Source: Eledone cirrhosa (lineage: Eukaryota). Taken from it: a stretch of DNA of 64,000 nt. Both the position numbers and the translations under genes were made by a program. The stretch is from NCBI GenBank assembly GCA_964016885.1, contig OZ024751.1, forward strand, positions 12,338,001 through 12,402,000. Direction: 5' to 3'. This document shows positions 1 through 15,246 of the stretch, in pieces. Under the pieces are notes generated by a model. It saw only the letters and a program-made list of their open reading frames with translations, searched no databases and was not told where the DNA came from. Every line of letters begins with the position of its first letter. Positions within the stretch are counted from its first letter, which is position 1.

Positions 1-83
1 ATATATACATTAAATTTTGCTCTGGTACTTACATAGAACACTCTTCACTCCTATGACTTTTTCTATTTTCAACGGAAACTTCA

Positions 84-136
<53 letters not shown>

Positions 137-173
137 ACATACATATCACACACACACACATATATATATATAT

Positions 174-410
174 ATTGTTATAATTTGAGAGGGTCATGTT
201 GTCAATAAGAAACACACGCACCAGTCGCTTTCACTCCAATTTAATATAAATTTAAAACATTTTTTTTTTTTTTAAATAGTTTTCCGGTTGGTTGTTCATA
301 TATTGTCAAAGTTCTTTCGTCACACACCCTGTGATCTCTTCAGTGACTGGGGATTCTTTTCTTTGTTTTGTGCCTCTCCTTTGTTCTGTCCTACGCCATT
401 TTGTTTTTGT
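174..410 (-). mobile_element. Penelope-like element terminal (pLTR-like) fragment between (TA)n tracts
   Basis: Homologous to 49175-49400, which is joined to a Penelope-like ORF remnant, and to a terminal fragment at about 29125-29170. Carries an HHR at 305-347. Confidence 0.65.
305..347 (-). ncRNA. Minimal type I hammerhead ribozyme
   Basis: Minus strand reads GTCA-CTGAAGA-GATCAC agggtgt GTGAC-GAAA-GAACTT-TGAC. Helix I GTCA/TGAC, canonical core, very short helix III, CUU triplet. Confidence 0.65.
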
Positions 411-491
411 GCATATATATATATTTACACAGGCTTCTATATAAATATATATATACAGGCTTATATATATACATGCTTATATATATACATG

Positions 492-540
<49 letters not shown>

Positions 541-547
541 TTTGGAA

Positions 548-788
548 AATCTGCTTCCTAGAATCGAGACATATCCGAGAATCTTGCGATTTCAGAGTCA
601 GGTTTGATGACTACATCGATTGTGCCTCGAGCTGGTCGCCAGAGAAACGATTGTAATACGTCTAATAAATCTTATTCGTCGCACCACTGATTCTCCGTTT
701 CTTATATGATATTATACTCAGCTCTGTAAGACCATCGAGTGCTCAAACGGCATACCGCTTACGGACGCTTTATGTATCCCACACCAAT

Positions 789-790
<2 letters not shown>
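548..790 (+). mobile_element. Decayed copy of the HHR-bearing element family also at 16965-17382
   Basis: Aligns by eye to 17150-17382. HHR scaffold at 567-663 with core decayed to CCGAGAA, followed by AATAAA. Flanked by (TA)n. Confidence 0.65.
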
Positions 791-2720
<1,930 letters not shown>

Positions 2721-3139
2721 ATATTTATTTTCATTTGTTACATTATATTTTTAATTAAATACTTTTCCCTCTCTCTCTCTCTCTCCCTTTCCCTTACTCA
2801 CTCTCTTCGCCCCTCTCTCTCTCTCTCTATTTCTCTCTTTCTCTCTCTTTCCCTTACTCACTCTCTTTCACTCTCTACCCCTCTCTCTCTCCCTCGCTCT
2901 CTTTTTCCCTTTCTATCTTTCTCTCTCTCTACCTCTCCCTCTCTCTCTCTCTTTCTCTCTCTCCCCTCTCTCTCTCTCTCTCTCTTGTTCTCTATCTATC
3001 TGTCTCTTTCTACTTTTCACCCAACATAAATGTGTGATCAAAGCAGAACATTCTGTACAAGAAAAAATAACAAGGAAAGACTCATGTTTTCTTCTTTGGG
3101 GTATTTTTCAAAATAATGACTCCATTATTTATTTGAAAA

Positions 3140-3632
3140 GGTGAAAAGAAAGCCTCCAACATCAACAACAGGCAGCCATAATAACAACAATCGTTTCTAC
3201 TTTTGGCACAAGGCCAGCAATTATCCAGTACATTACTGGTACTTTATTTTATCGACCCTGTAAGGATGAAAGGCAAAGTTAACCTCGGCGGGATTTGAAC
3301 TCTGAATGGCAAGGGCTGTAACTCTATGCATCAAAGCGTGGCCTCCAACATCAACAACAAGCAGCCATAATAATAATAATTGTTTCTACGTTTGGCACAA
3401 GGCCAGCAATTCACCAATGCATTACTGGTACTTTATTTTATCGACCCCGTAAGGATGAAAGGCAAGGTTAACCTCGACAGGTGAATAGAAAGCCTCCAAC
3501 ATCAACAACAGGCAGCCATAATAATTGTTTCTACTTTTTGGCACAAGGCCAGCAATTATTCAGTACATTACTGGTACTTTATTTTATCGACCCCGTAAGG
3601 ATGAAAGGCAAAGTTAACCTCGGCGGGAATTG
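3140..3632 (-). repeat. Three tandem units, each containing the 3' part of a tRNA-derived SINE
   Basis: GCCTCCAACATCAACAAC...TTTCTAC.TTTGGCACAAGGCCAGCAATT...TAAGGATGAAAGGCAA recurs at about 3152, 3340 and 3492. Confidence 0.85.
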
Positions 3633-3904
3633 AGAATAATAATAGTAAAAGGGTACTGATTGAGAAACAAATAACTTTTTACAAAAGCTTTTTCTTGCAC
3701 ACGCATACACATATATATTACATATATACATGTGTGTGTGTGTGTGTGTTTTGTGTGCGCGCGCGCGCGCGTGTGTGTGTATGTGTGTATATATTCAATA
3801 TGGTCAGCCTTCCGAAACGATCGTAAAACATTGATATGAATAAGTAAAATAACTTGACTTTTTTATTGTTTTCATGGTTAAATTAATATCTTATATATAT
3901 ATAC

Positions 3905-4065
3905 ATGGACACACTAGAAGAGGAAGACCAAGGTTAACATATGTTGATGCCCTAAGGACAGACACTGGTCTGTTGGAGATGCAGGATATGGCAGCGATAA
4001 TGAGGGATAGAGACCGCTGGAGAGAACTCGCCCATGGATCCGGGAATTTTACACGCCTTAGATAG
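3905..4065 (+). mobile_element. RTE-like non-LTR retrotransposon, extreme 3' fragment
   Basis: Translation HGHTRRGRPRLTYVDALRTDTGL...MRDRDRWREL fits the RGRP...W C-terminal signature of RTE-type ORFs. Ends in a (TAGA)n tail. Confidence 0.75.
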
Positions 4066-4552
4066 ATAGATATATATATGTATCCATATATATATATATA
4101 AGTTGACGAGACTAACATAGGCTTCACTTCTAGTACCGGATGCTTCTCAGCGTACTCAATAGGTAATGTTAAGTAAACTCCCAGAGTAGACACAGTTGTT
4201 CGCTTCCATGCAACAAACGTAAATGTGTACCTTCAATCTATATCCGTACTCGAGTTTCGGCCATGCTTAATGCAGCAATAGACTGCACAGCATCCACTGT
4301 CTGCATTTATTGTGCAACAATACACAATCGGCACATGCGGCTTCATCAGTTGGTTTCGCCTAATCAATAACCAATCGATCGACAGAATTTGATTCCAGTC
4401 CGAGTCTGCTATGACAGTGAATGTGACGGCCACCACAGTAAAACATCAGCATCTGAAATTCCTGCATGTCATCAAAATGCTATTAACCGATTGGCCATTA
4501 GTTCAGAAATTTACGTGACGGTAAGAGGCGAAATTCAAATAGTTCTTCCCCC

Positions 4553-4606
<54 letters not shown>

Positions 4607-4690
4607 GAAAAATTGAACGGGAACAAAATAGAGAGGCAGTACAACAAATGTTTATTAATTTCACGCTCTTGAGAGTGGGTTGGTGGTGGG

Positions 4691-4730
4691 GAACGACGTT
4701 TCGGGCATAAGCCCTTCTTCAGGTGAAAAG
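4691..4730 (-). ncRNA. Minimal hammerhead ribozyme motif of Penelope pLTR type
   Basis: Minus strand reads CTGAAGA-A-GGGC ttat GCCC-GAAACGTC, with AATAAA downstream (TTTATT at 4651). Helix I is weak. Confidence 0.65.
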
Positions 4731-5216
4731 TGTGTGGGAAGAGAGTTCACAGGGTGTGTAGGGGAGTGGTGGAGAGACATATAGCAAAAAGGGGGTGAGA
4801 GGAAACGGTGCAAATGAAATTAAAAATAAAGGCATGATCAAAATAAAAATATATATATATATATATATATATAAATTAGCGAGAATCGTACTTCGGCTTA
4901 GGAATTAACGAAAAACAACTTCCGAGATGTGTGGCAAGCGCTCGATGATTCAGATGAATCAGAGCTACAACACACTGAGATGAGGGTTAAACAAAACATC
5001 CGCACAGCCAAAGAAACGACCAAGTAATTCGGGTCAAACAATAAAAATCCGTTAGAAAATTTATTCTTAAAGCTTGCTAGATTTGATTATGTATATGGTT
5101 AATTATGCTAATTAGAAGAAGAAATAGTATATATTTTAATATCTGATTGATTCTATAGACATGATTTATGATATGTCATATATATATATATAAATATATA
5201 TATATATGGCGGGAGC

Positions 5217-5276
<60 letters not shown>

Positions 5277-5693
5277 TATAAAAATGTCAAAACAACAGAT
5301 GGGAATCTAATTACTCACTGCCACCAAAAATTCTCACTGCTATCAAAAAACCACTCCCTCAACTATTCTTCTAACAACTTCACCCCTCCCTCCTAATATT
5401 CTCTATAAAAACCAAACAGGTCCTCAGTAAAATTATTCCGATGAAATGACAGTTGATAATAACATTGAAATATTGAATGTCTGCATAACTAATACTTTGT
5501 AGATAGCAGCTGTTTTCAGATTATGTAACTGTTATAGAAACACGTGTCAATAAATTCCTTTTAACTAAACTGTATCCATTAAAATCCTTCTATATATATA
5601 TATATATATATATATAATAGCTTTCACCATATTTTTGACTAAAGAAATTTTAGCCTGATAATGCTGTTTAGAACCCTCAGATAAATGGAAAAA

Positions 5694-5729
5694 GATGAGT
5701 ATTGACGTACATGTACGTCAATACTCATC
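5694..5729. repeat. Perfect 36-bp palindrome within a small fold-back element (about 5617-5745)
   Basis: GATGAGTATTGACGTACATGTACGTCAATACTCATC is self-complementary. Outer inverted repeat ATAGCTTTCACC/GGTGAAAGCTAT. Confidence 0.9.
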
Positions 5730-6032
5730 ATACGGTGAAAGCTATTCTATTTTCTAATTTCAAACCTGCTCACTGTTTCAAAACATACTTACTTGTCATA
5801 TATATATATATAATTGATTTTTTATATGGTTAATTATGCTAATTGGGATAGGAAATGGTATATATTTTATCTAATAATTCTAAGGACATGATTTATAATA
5901 TATATATAAAAGCAAAAAGGATATTTAATTTGTTGGTAATTCATATTTATTCTATTATATATATTTCAAGGCAAAACTTGAACCGTTAAGATCTCCTTCC
6001 TGGATATGTCAATATTTATAAAACAAACTTTG

Positions 6033-6093
6033 TATTTCATCTGATGAGAGCGTACTGAAGTGTTGGTACCCTTGAAATATATATAATAGAATA
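6033..6093 (+). ncRNA. Type I hammerhead ribozyme in a (TA)n-flanked element (about 5905-6135)
   Basis: TATTTCAT-CTGATGA-GAGCGTAC...GTACCCTT-GAAA-TATATATA-ATAGAATA, AUA triplet. Same family as 45040-45600 and 46220-46440. Partial inverted copy at 5942-5971. Confidence 0.65.
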
Positions 6094-6282
6094 AATATGG
6101 TTTTATAAATATAGTTTCCATATATTAATATCATTGATATATACATATATATGTTTACACACACACATATGTGTCTGTGTGCATATGTAAGTATACACAC
6201 ACACACAAATACATATATATACATATGTGGTGTGTATATGTATGTATACATATACATATATATATATATATATATGTGTATG

Positions 6283-6321
<39 letters not shown>

Positions 6322-6324
<3 letters not shown>

Positions 6325-6600
6325 CACGTTGCCTTGTTACAAGGGTGTAGGACTTACGATCATAATGTCGTGGGTTTGATACCTGGGTTACGTGTTGTGT
6401 TCTTCAGAAAAACACTCGTTTCACGTTGTTCTAGTATGCTCAGCAGAAAATGAGTACCAGCAATAGCTGGGGGTTTAACCCTGCGATGGACTGACGACCT
6501 GTTCAAGTGGGAGTCTTTTACTCTCAGTCTCTTTATGCCATGAAACCGGTATAAGTACCGGCCAAATGAGCTTTCTGGCTTAAAGCAGACATTAGACTTA
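6322..6600 (+). mobile_element. Decayed tRNA-derived SINE (CORE-like body, V-domain-like segment)
   Basis: B-box-like GGTTTGATACC, body GTGTTCTTCAGAAAAACACTCGTTTCACGTTG shared with the copies at 12765 and 46818, and AACCCTGCGATGGACTG. Domain names are from recall. Confidence 0.6.
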
Positions 6601-6950
6601 GATACACACACAGACACACATATATATATATATATATACGTAAGAATACCAACAATCAGAGTATCTTGAAATGGCGGAATTATTTCCTGTCATGTTCATC
6701 CAAGGAAAAGTTATGTAGATATTGTATAATGTCACTGAAGAACGTAAAGTGTGATATATTTATAAATATTTCATTCAGATTCATATAACTAGCCATAATA
6801 TTCGATTCGATATGTATACTAATATTTCATTCTTGAAAACATGAAACAGTCATTGTATTACATTTTGACTGTAATATAAAAGTTCTCGCTTAAAGACGTT
6901 CCAGCCTTGACCATCAAGCCTTTTCGTATAAACTGGACTATATTATATAA

Positions 6951-7423
6951 CTAGGAGTGGTACCCGGCGTTGCACGGGATAAGGTATTGTGGAACGCGGG
7001 TCGCCAACAGACATAATCGTGGAAAAACTGCATGCCTGGACAATATGTAAAGAAAATAAACCATATACACTGATGACTGGATAATCTTTAAGATTTTCTT
7101 CGATGAAGCAGGAAAAATGCAGGTTTTCACCTAATGCGGGCCCTAGGGGATCAAGAAAATGAATTTTTTTATGTGCATAATATGCCTTGAAATTTCGGGA
7201 AAATCCGTCTGATTTAACGCCTCAAAAATCCCATAAAAAGCTGAAAATACGCAGTTTTTCACCTAATGCGGGCCCTAGAGGATCAAAAGGTTATGTGCAT
7301 AAGACTCCCTGATACATAAGTAATACACATGTAAAGTTTGAAAAATATCGGTTGGGTACTTCTCGAGTTTAGGGATTCAAAAACACACACACACATACAT
7401 CCTCAGTTTTATATATATATAGA
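6951..7423 (-). mobile_element. Non-autonomous Helitron
   Basis: Minus strand starts TC, ends CTAG, and lies between host A and T. Subterminal GC hairpin CCCGTGCAACGCCGGG (6963-6978). Internal duplication of TTTTCACCTAATGCGGGCCCTAG near 7124 and 7256. Confidence 0.85.
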
Positions 7424-7640
7424 TGAGCCACTCCTATTCTTCGAAAGTTTATGATTTGGCTGCTATTTTTAGTAGTTTGAAATGTATATGTTTGTGTGTG
7501 CTTTTGTCTGTGTGTGATAGTATGAATATGTTTGTGAATGTGTGGGTGTATCTGTATACTGACACTCAAATAACTCTAAAAATATATTAATAAGCGAACT
7601 ATTTACTATAACATCATTTTTAGAGCTGCATTTATCAGCT

Positions 7641-7722
7641 GGTAGCGTGGCCGAGTGGTCTAAGGCGCTGGTTTTAGGCACCAGTCTCTGCGGAGGCGTG
7701 GGTTCGAATCCCATCGCTGCCA
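7641..7722 (+). tRNA. tRNA-Leu, anticodon TAG
   Basis: Acceptor stem GGTAGCG/CGCTGCC plus discriminator A, A-box TGGCCGAGTGG, anticodon arm CTGGT-TTTAGGC-ACCAG, long variable arm, GGTTCGAATCC, and a T6 Pol III terminator at 7731-7736. Confidence 0.97.
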
Positions 7723-8084
7723 AGTATCAATTTTTTCGATTGTTACTGAAATATTTTGCAAAAATAATAATATATACAAATGTAAGATTCATTTAAGTTG
7801 TAAAGAAAGAGAATTTGTTTTCTTTAATTTACAAATGTTAAGTTTTAGTGATCAATCATATAGAGTTTTGAGTGAAGTTCTTTCAAGATTTATATATGTC
7901 AAATAAGGTTTAAATAGACTTCCTAATTTCTGGTCTAATAGTTAATGTTTTAACACCATGTCAGCCATATTTGAACAGACGCACGTCAACTACGTTCATA
8001 TTGCGATCATATATATATTTATACATGTGTGTGTTTGTGTGTGTGTGTGTGTGTGTGTATGATCACCAATTCTGTCATTACTAC

Positions 8085-8456
8085 AACAGAGGTCCGACGA
8101 GCTTTTGATTCCAGAGTCGGGTCAGATCGAAACTTGGGGTAATCAATAGGGCAACGCGCGTCACCAACCAATAAATGTAATGAAGATTTAACCAATAATC
8201 CTTGTATTATTTGGATTGGCAGTATCGGTAGAGGGTCGGACGCCATGCTTTCCAGCATAGTTACGTCCCTTTACAATCTGAGTTGAAATCCCGCCGAGGT
8301 TGACTTTGCCTTTCATCCTTACGGGGTCGATAAAATAAAGTACCAGTAATGCACTGGGTAACATCTGGCCTTGTGCCTAAAGTAGAAACAATTATATTAC
8401 ACTCTGTCTAGCTCTACACCTCGATATTGACGCGAACCTAAGCAGCGAGTGCTCAC
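8085..8456 (+). mobile_element. Decayed HHR-bearing element interrupted by a SINE
   Basis: 8100-8215 plus 8393-8456 match the reverse complement of the uninterrupted copy at about 47060-47250. Decayed HHR GGT-CCGACGA...GCAACGCGCGTC-ACC, then AATAAA. Confidence 0.6.
8216..8392 (+). mobile_element. Near full-length tRNA-derived SINE (family A)
   Basis: A-box-like TGGCAGTATCGG, B-box-like GAGTTGAAATCC, and conserved body GCCTTTCATCCTTACGGGGTCGATAAAATAAAGTACCAG (resembles the Meta-SINE domain, from recall). Many copies in the window. Confidence 0.85.
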
Positions 8457-8477
8457 GTGTGTGAACCTACAGTTACA

Positions 8478-8532
<55 letters not shown>

Positions 8533-8703
8533 AATGACCAAAGGAGGTTTATTTTTCAACATAGTCCCTGGAAAGAAAGAATGTAGTTATTAATAAGAAG
8601 AATTGAAATTAATGCATGTAATATTTCACAGATTTAGCATCATTCCTTTATAATCAGCCTATGCACTTTTCAGCTGACCCTTGTATACCCCCCTATATGA
8701 GAT

Positions 8704-8785
8704 GGTGGCGTGGCAGAGTGGTCAAAGTCATTAATTTCAGACATCATTCTCTTTGGAGGTGTAAGTTCGAATCCCATCGCTGCTA
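8704..8785 (+). pseudogene. tRNA-Leu pseudogene (apparent anticodon CAG)
   Basis: Colinear with 7641-7722 and the same length (82 nt). A and B boxes retained, but the D and anticodon stems are disrupted (TTAAT/ATCAT). Confidence 0.8.
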
Positions 8786-9119
8786 GGCAATTATTAATCA
8801 GTATTAATATACTTTGAATTTCTTCTTAAAAATTTAATTTTTGATTAATTGAACTTTCTTAATTAGCATATTTAATATTTAACGTCTTTAATTGAGAAGA
8901 GATACATTACTTTAATGTTATTCAGCTCTTAAATGCTTTTAGCGATCAGTCGCGTGCCATCCTAAATCATGTTCTTTTCTAAATTACAAATTCAAGATGT
9001 TGCTAATGTTTCGATGTATATAGGGTATAACAGCCGTTATTTAACCCTAGGTCAGACTTGATCGAGCACACTTAAGATCAAAAACGTTCATAAACACACC
9101 CACACGCACACACACACAG

Positions 9120-9202
<83 letters not shown>

Positions 9203-9270
9203 AGTGAGGGGATATAAGAGAGTGGAACAGAAGTAGATAGATAGAGAGTTATTTAATGTATTTACGCATT

Positions 9271-9362
<92 letters not shown>

Positions 9363-9369
9363 GATATAC

Positions 9370-9402
<33 letters not shown>

Positions 9403-9403
9403 G

Positions 9404-9456
<53 letters not shown>

Positions 9457-9504
9457 CATATACATACATATATATATATATACATATATATACATATAGA
9501 TATA

Positions 9505-9536
<32 letters not shown>

Positions 9537-9636
9537 CAGATATATATATATATATGTATATATATGTATATATATACATATGTATATATATATACATATG
9601 TATATATATGTATATATATGTATATATATACATATG

Positions 9637-9670
<34 letters not shown>

Positions 9671-9694
9671 TACATATGTATATATATACATATG

Positions 9695-9750
<56 letters not shown>

Positions 9751-9819
9751 TATGTATATATATACATATGTATATATATATATACATATGTATATATATA
9801 CATATGTATATAGATATAT

Positions 9820-9874
<55 letters not shown>

Positions 9875-10287
9875 ATGTGTGTGTCAGCGTATTTGTAAGT
9901 ATTTTGTATGCATTTGTGTATTATATATATATATATATATATGATTGTGTATATGATGGTCTGTATATGCCTATATGTGTATATAGATGCTTGTTATGAC
10001 ACAAGCAAGGAAAGGAGGTACCACTCCTACTACAAGGTTGAATGGTTGGCTCCAAGAAGCTAAATAAATATTCCAGTTTCCTGAACCATGCCATTCCTGC
10101 TGACATAGAAAAGCAGATGTGGATCCTTTGAACAAACATACTATACATAAATACTATAAAATTGTACTTCCCTTCTAATACGTATATATTTTACACATGT
10201 ACACTTCCATATATACATTTACACTGACATACACAAATGTATATATTTATATACATATATATTTATACAAACATATGTATAAATATA

Positions 10288-10351
<64 letters not shown>

Positions 10352-10394
10352 CATAAATATATATACATAGATATATATATATATATATACATAA

Positions 10395-10428
<34 letters not shown>

Positions 10429-10667
10429 ATATATATGTAAGTATGTATGTATACATATATATACATGTGAATGTATATATATATGTAAGTATTTATCTAT
10501 ACATATATATACATGTGAATGTATATATATATGTAAGTATGTATGTATACATATATATACATTTGAATGTATATATATATATAAGTATAAATGTATATAT
10601 ATGTATGTATATATATATATACACACATATATGTATATATATATATACATATATATATATAATTATG

Positions 10668-10743
<76 letters not shown>

Positions 10744-11270
10744 ATTATGTATGTATATATGTATATATGTACATAAGCTCAACTGATGTATAAATGAGTA
10801 CCTATCTGAAACTCTTATTCATTGCATGAATATATATGCATACACACCTTTGTATGTGAGTAAATGTGTCTTTGTGCGAGTGTGCTTTGAATACAATACA
10901 TACATGTATATGTCAGATATATATGGATAATCGTATGTATATGTATATATGTGCCACGTACATATTTACACTCATACACAAACACATTAAGCCCGAGTTC
11001 TGTCAACGCTAAGTGGAAGAGAATTCCATTTCTCACCTCGATAGATAATTTACTCCACCTATATCTGAAACATTTAGGAAGAAACACCAACAGTCACCTA
11101 TATACACACGCGTAGTTACCGACACACACGCACACACACACACACATACAGACACACACATATATATATATATATATACATATATATGCATACATATATA
11201 TATACATATATACACATATATACATATATATATATGCATACATACATACATATATATATACTTATCTATC

Positions 11271-11302
<32 letters not shown>

Positions 11303-11423
11303 TATACATATATACATACATACATATTCTTCATTACTCTTGACACCCATACACACACACATACACACACATATATATGCATACATATCTACATATATAC
11401 ACATATATACATATATATATATG

Positions 11424-11470
<47 letters not shown>

Positions 11471-11491
11471 TTATAGATATATAGATATATA

Positions 11492-11533
<42 letters not shown>

Positions 11534-11636
11534 CATATATATATACATATATATATATATATACATACATATATATATACATATATATATATATATACAT
11601 ACATATATATATACATATATATATATATATACATAC

Positions 11637-11687
<51 letters not shown>

Positions 11688-11688
11688 C

Positions 11689-11736
<48 letters not shown>

Positions 11737-12764
11737 TTACATATATATATATACATATATATACACGTATACATACATACATATTCTTCATTACTCTTGA
11801 CTCTTATATGCATTTGTACATATATATATAAGATATTCAGATATGTATGACTGCATTCAGGAGAGGTGACAGAACGAAGGGTATGGAGCCATTATATATA
11901 TGAGAAAAGCAATTTCCTCCAAAACGTTGTTTTTTGTGTGCTTCTATTTATTTGTTTTTGTTTCTTTTTTTGTCGTTTGTTTGTTTTTTTTCTTTTATTA
12001 TTTATTGTTACTTGTTTGATTTGTTTTCTTTGCGATATTGCTTCAAATTGATCAAGTCTTTCACTTGATATTCTGGTTCATCTTAGACGTCTAGGAATAT
12101 CATATAAATACAAAGAAATATTCCTGCTCCAGAAATATAATATAAAATAATATTTTAAATAGGTCTATGTTGATATATTGGTGTTTGTAAAATGTCAGGC
12201 CTCTCAGTCGTCGAAAATTATGTCTAGGTGAACAATTTATTAAAGCATTTTCTTCTCTTTAAATAGAAGTTGCCATGGATGGGATCCAATGAACGACCAT
12301 CTCTGTGGTCGTTATAGTTTGCTAGAAATAGTACGTAGCTAAATATATTCCGTAACTTTCAATATGCTCGAAATAAGAAGGTCTTCACCTACATAACGTC
12401 ACCACCTGGCACTAGGGTGCTCTTCCGTTCTTTTAGGTGGCTTTAGTTTGATCCACACAGTTGCAAAATTCTCGACTACATGTCTGGTTCAAGGATGTTT
12501 TCCTCGCTCTCTCAATCTGATCATACTCTGAAAAAATACAGCATCATTGTTTATATGTCTCTGTCTCAACTGAAAATGAACTTAAGAAAATGACTGAAAC
12601 AATAAAATGGAGGTTCAAGGCTGAATCACTTTGAGCGTAGCTGTGTTGGCACAGGGCAACAGAAACAAGTTTCTAAACAGAAACATATATGCATGTTCCC
12701 GTATATATATATATATTTATTTAAGGAACGATCGACTTTCGTCAAATCGGACCGAGGAAACAAT

Positions 12765-12934
12765 GTTTCCGTTGGTCTTTCCAGTTGCTAATACTATCTA
12801 TCGGCCGCAACTCCAGGTAGAAGGAGCAACGTGAAATAAAGTGCCTTGCTCAAGGACATAACGCATCGCCCGGTCCAGGAATCGAACTCACAACCTCAAG
12901 ATTGTGAATCCAATTCTCTAACCACTCAGCCACA

Positions 12935-12935
<1 letters not shown>
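12765..12935 (-). mobile_element. tRNA-derived CORE-like SINE (family B)
   Basis: Minus strand has A-box TGGCTGAGTGG, B-box GAGTTCGATTCC and GTCCTTGAGCAAGGCACTTTATTTCAC. Matches 46818-46988. Confidence 0.8.
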
Positions 12936-13023
<88 letters not shown>

Positions 13024-13213
13024 TATAAGTAGATCCCAAGTTGAGTCGAGGGTTGCCACAGTTAATCAGGTACTCAATATACGTGTAGAGTGAACACAGA
13101 AGTTTATGTAGAAAAGGTTCTTTAATTCGTATGAAATCATCAGGAATGCATGATGATTTCATACGAATGAAACGTCTCTAGTTCTGTAGAAGCCTTTCTT
13201 ATATAAGCTGATG

Positions 13214-13244
<31 letters not shown>

Positions 13245-14785
13245 CTACATACGTACTGGTACATGTATTCATTATTCGTCATATTCAAAACTAACGGTAC
13301 TACCAAATGCGTTATGTTTAAGATATCATGTTTACGCTATCATATATTTATATATGTGTATGGGTATGTACATGCCTCTATCTGTGTGCATTGCTGTGTG
13401 TGCGCGAAATCCTGTGTTCGTTTACATTCTTCTATATGTGTGTGTATTCCTGTACGTGTGGTGGTTATGCTTGTAAGAATATATGTTTAAATGTGCAAGT
13501 TGTGGACGGAGTAAGCATTTATAACAATATAGTAAATGTACTACCTTGAACCAATTAACATTTAAAAGGAAAAATATTAAATATATTAAAAATAACAGCA
13601 TGTGCGTTTGTGTGAATGTATGTGTGTGTAAAATGTATGTATGTGTAAATGTATGTATGAATGTATGTATGTGTAAAAGGAAGGAAGGAATGGTGAAAAG
13701 ACCATAGCAAAACAGCACCTGGCGTTCCATTTGCATGCTGTGTATATATGCGTTTTTCTAAATGTATGTGTCTGTGCGTTTGTGTGAATGTGTGTCTGTG
13801 TGTTTGTGTGAATTGAATGTGTGTCTGTGTGTGTTTGTGTGAATGTATGGATTTGTTTGAACGTATCTTTGTGAGTGCATATTTTGTAAGTGTGTCTGTC
13901 ATTGCACGTTTATATTTATATACTCATATACATAAATATATGCATATACACATACACACATACACACATATATATACATACGCGTCAGCGTGCTGAACAA
14001 ATTCTAGTCTATCAAAAGGAACAATATCTAATATAAAGAAAACCAGCAACAACAACAAGAAAAATTGGTTGCACGTAAATGTTTAACAAGTCAGTTTAAT
14101 TATAACATGGTGGATTCTTGAGGTTTGTTGCAAAACATTGCATGTTCCCTACTGCTTCACTGCAGTATACGAATCTTAACGATCGTGCTCCCCTTGATAA
14201 GAAACCTCATTTGTGTTCCTTCCTTAAATATGCAGAACTGTGGGAAATGTGTTGCGAATTTTGACATACATACATACGTCATACGTTCATATATACAACA
14301 ATATATACATATACATACAAATATATATATATATATTTATATATATGTGTGTGTGTGTATGTATATATATACACACACACATATATACATATATGTGTAT
14401 GTATGTATATGTATGTATGTATATATATATGTATATGTAAATATACATGTATGTATATGATTATATATATGTATATGTATATATATACATATTAGTGTAT
14501 GTATATGTATATATGTATGTATACGTATATATACATATATGTGTATGTATATATACGTATGTATATATATATATATATATATGTATGTATATGTATATAT
14601 ATATGTATGTATATTTATATGTATATGTATATATATATATGTATGTATATTTATATATATATATATATGTATATATACATGTATGTATATGTATATATAT
14701 ATACATGTATGTATATATATATATATATATACGTGTATGTATTCAGGCAACCATCGTCGCCCTTTTGTACAACACTGACACAGGA

Positions 14786-14828
14786 ACGATGTACTAGTTT
14801 CAAGCTTATTAGCTATCGTCAGCATCGT
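14786..14828 (-). ncRNA. Type I hammerhead ribozyme, array unit 1
   Basis: ACGATG-CTGACGA-TAGCT aata AGCTT-GAAAC-TA-GTA^CATCGT. Perfect 6-bp helix I, canonical core, palindromic ACTAGT helix III, GUA triplet. Confidence 0.85.
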
Positions 14829-15203
14829 ATACCTTCCTGCAAGATGAATGAACGTCTGAAAGTATATACTTTCCTTATGTATATTAATTTGCATATCGAG
14901 TGAGTTAATCGGCTGGGCGCCTCGAAAACGATAAATGGAAAAGAATGAAACGAAATTTCATTTCTCACTCTTAGTACGGCTGATAATTAAATGTAAGTAT
15001 GTATGTATACGTACATATATATATGTATAAAGACGTACAGTAGTATGTATATATATACATACATGCACACATATATATATATGTACGTATGGGTTTACCG
15101 AACATTTATTATAATGTCGGTTTGTTTGTAAACAAACAGCCCGAATTACTTCGTACATTGTTCGGCAACCATTGTCGCCTTTTTGTTCAACACTGACACA
15201 TGA

Positions 15204-15246
15204 ACGATGTACTAATTTCAAGCTTATTAGCTATCGTCAGCATCGT
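15204..15246 (-). ncRNA. Type I hammerhead ribozyme, array unit 2
   Basis: As unit 1 but GAAAT-TA-GTA, giving a U:G wobble in helix III. Confidence 0.8.

Noticed and set aside
4360-4556. Promoter-like cluster (CCAAT, TGACG, GC box)
   Set aside because: Short motifs with no linked gene; the region may be part of a repeat.
8545-8686. Possible mariner-type terminal inverted repeat (TACAAGGGTCAGCTGAAAAGT on minus)
   Set aside because: Only one end found and no transposase sequence.
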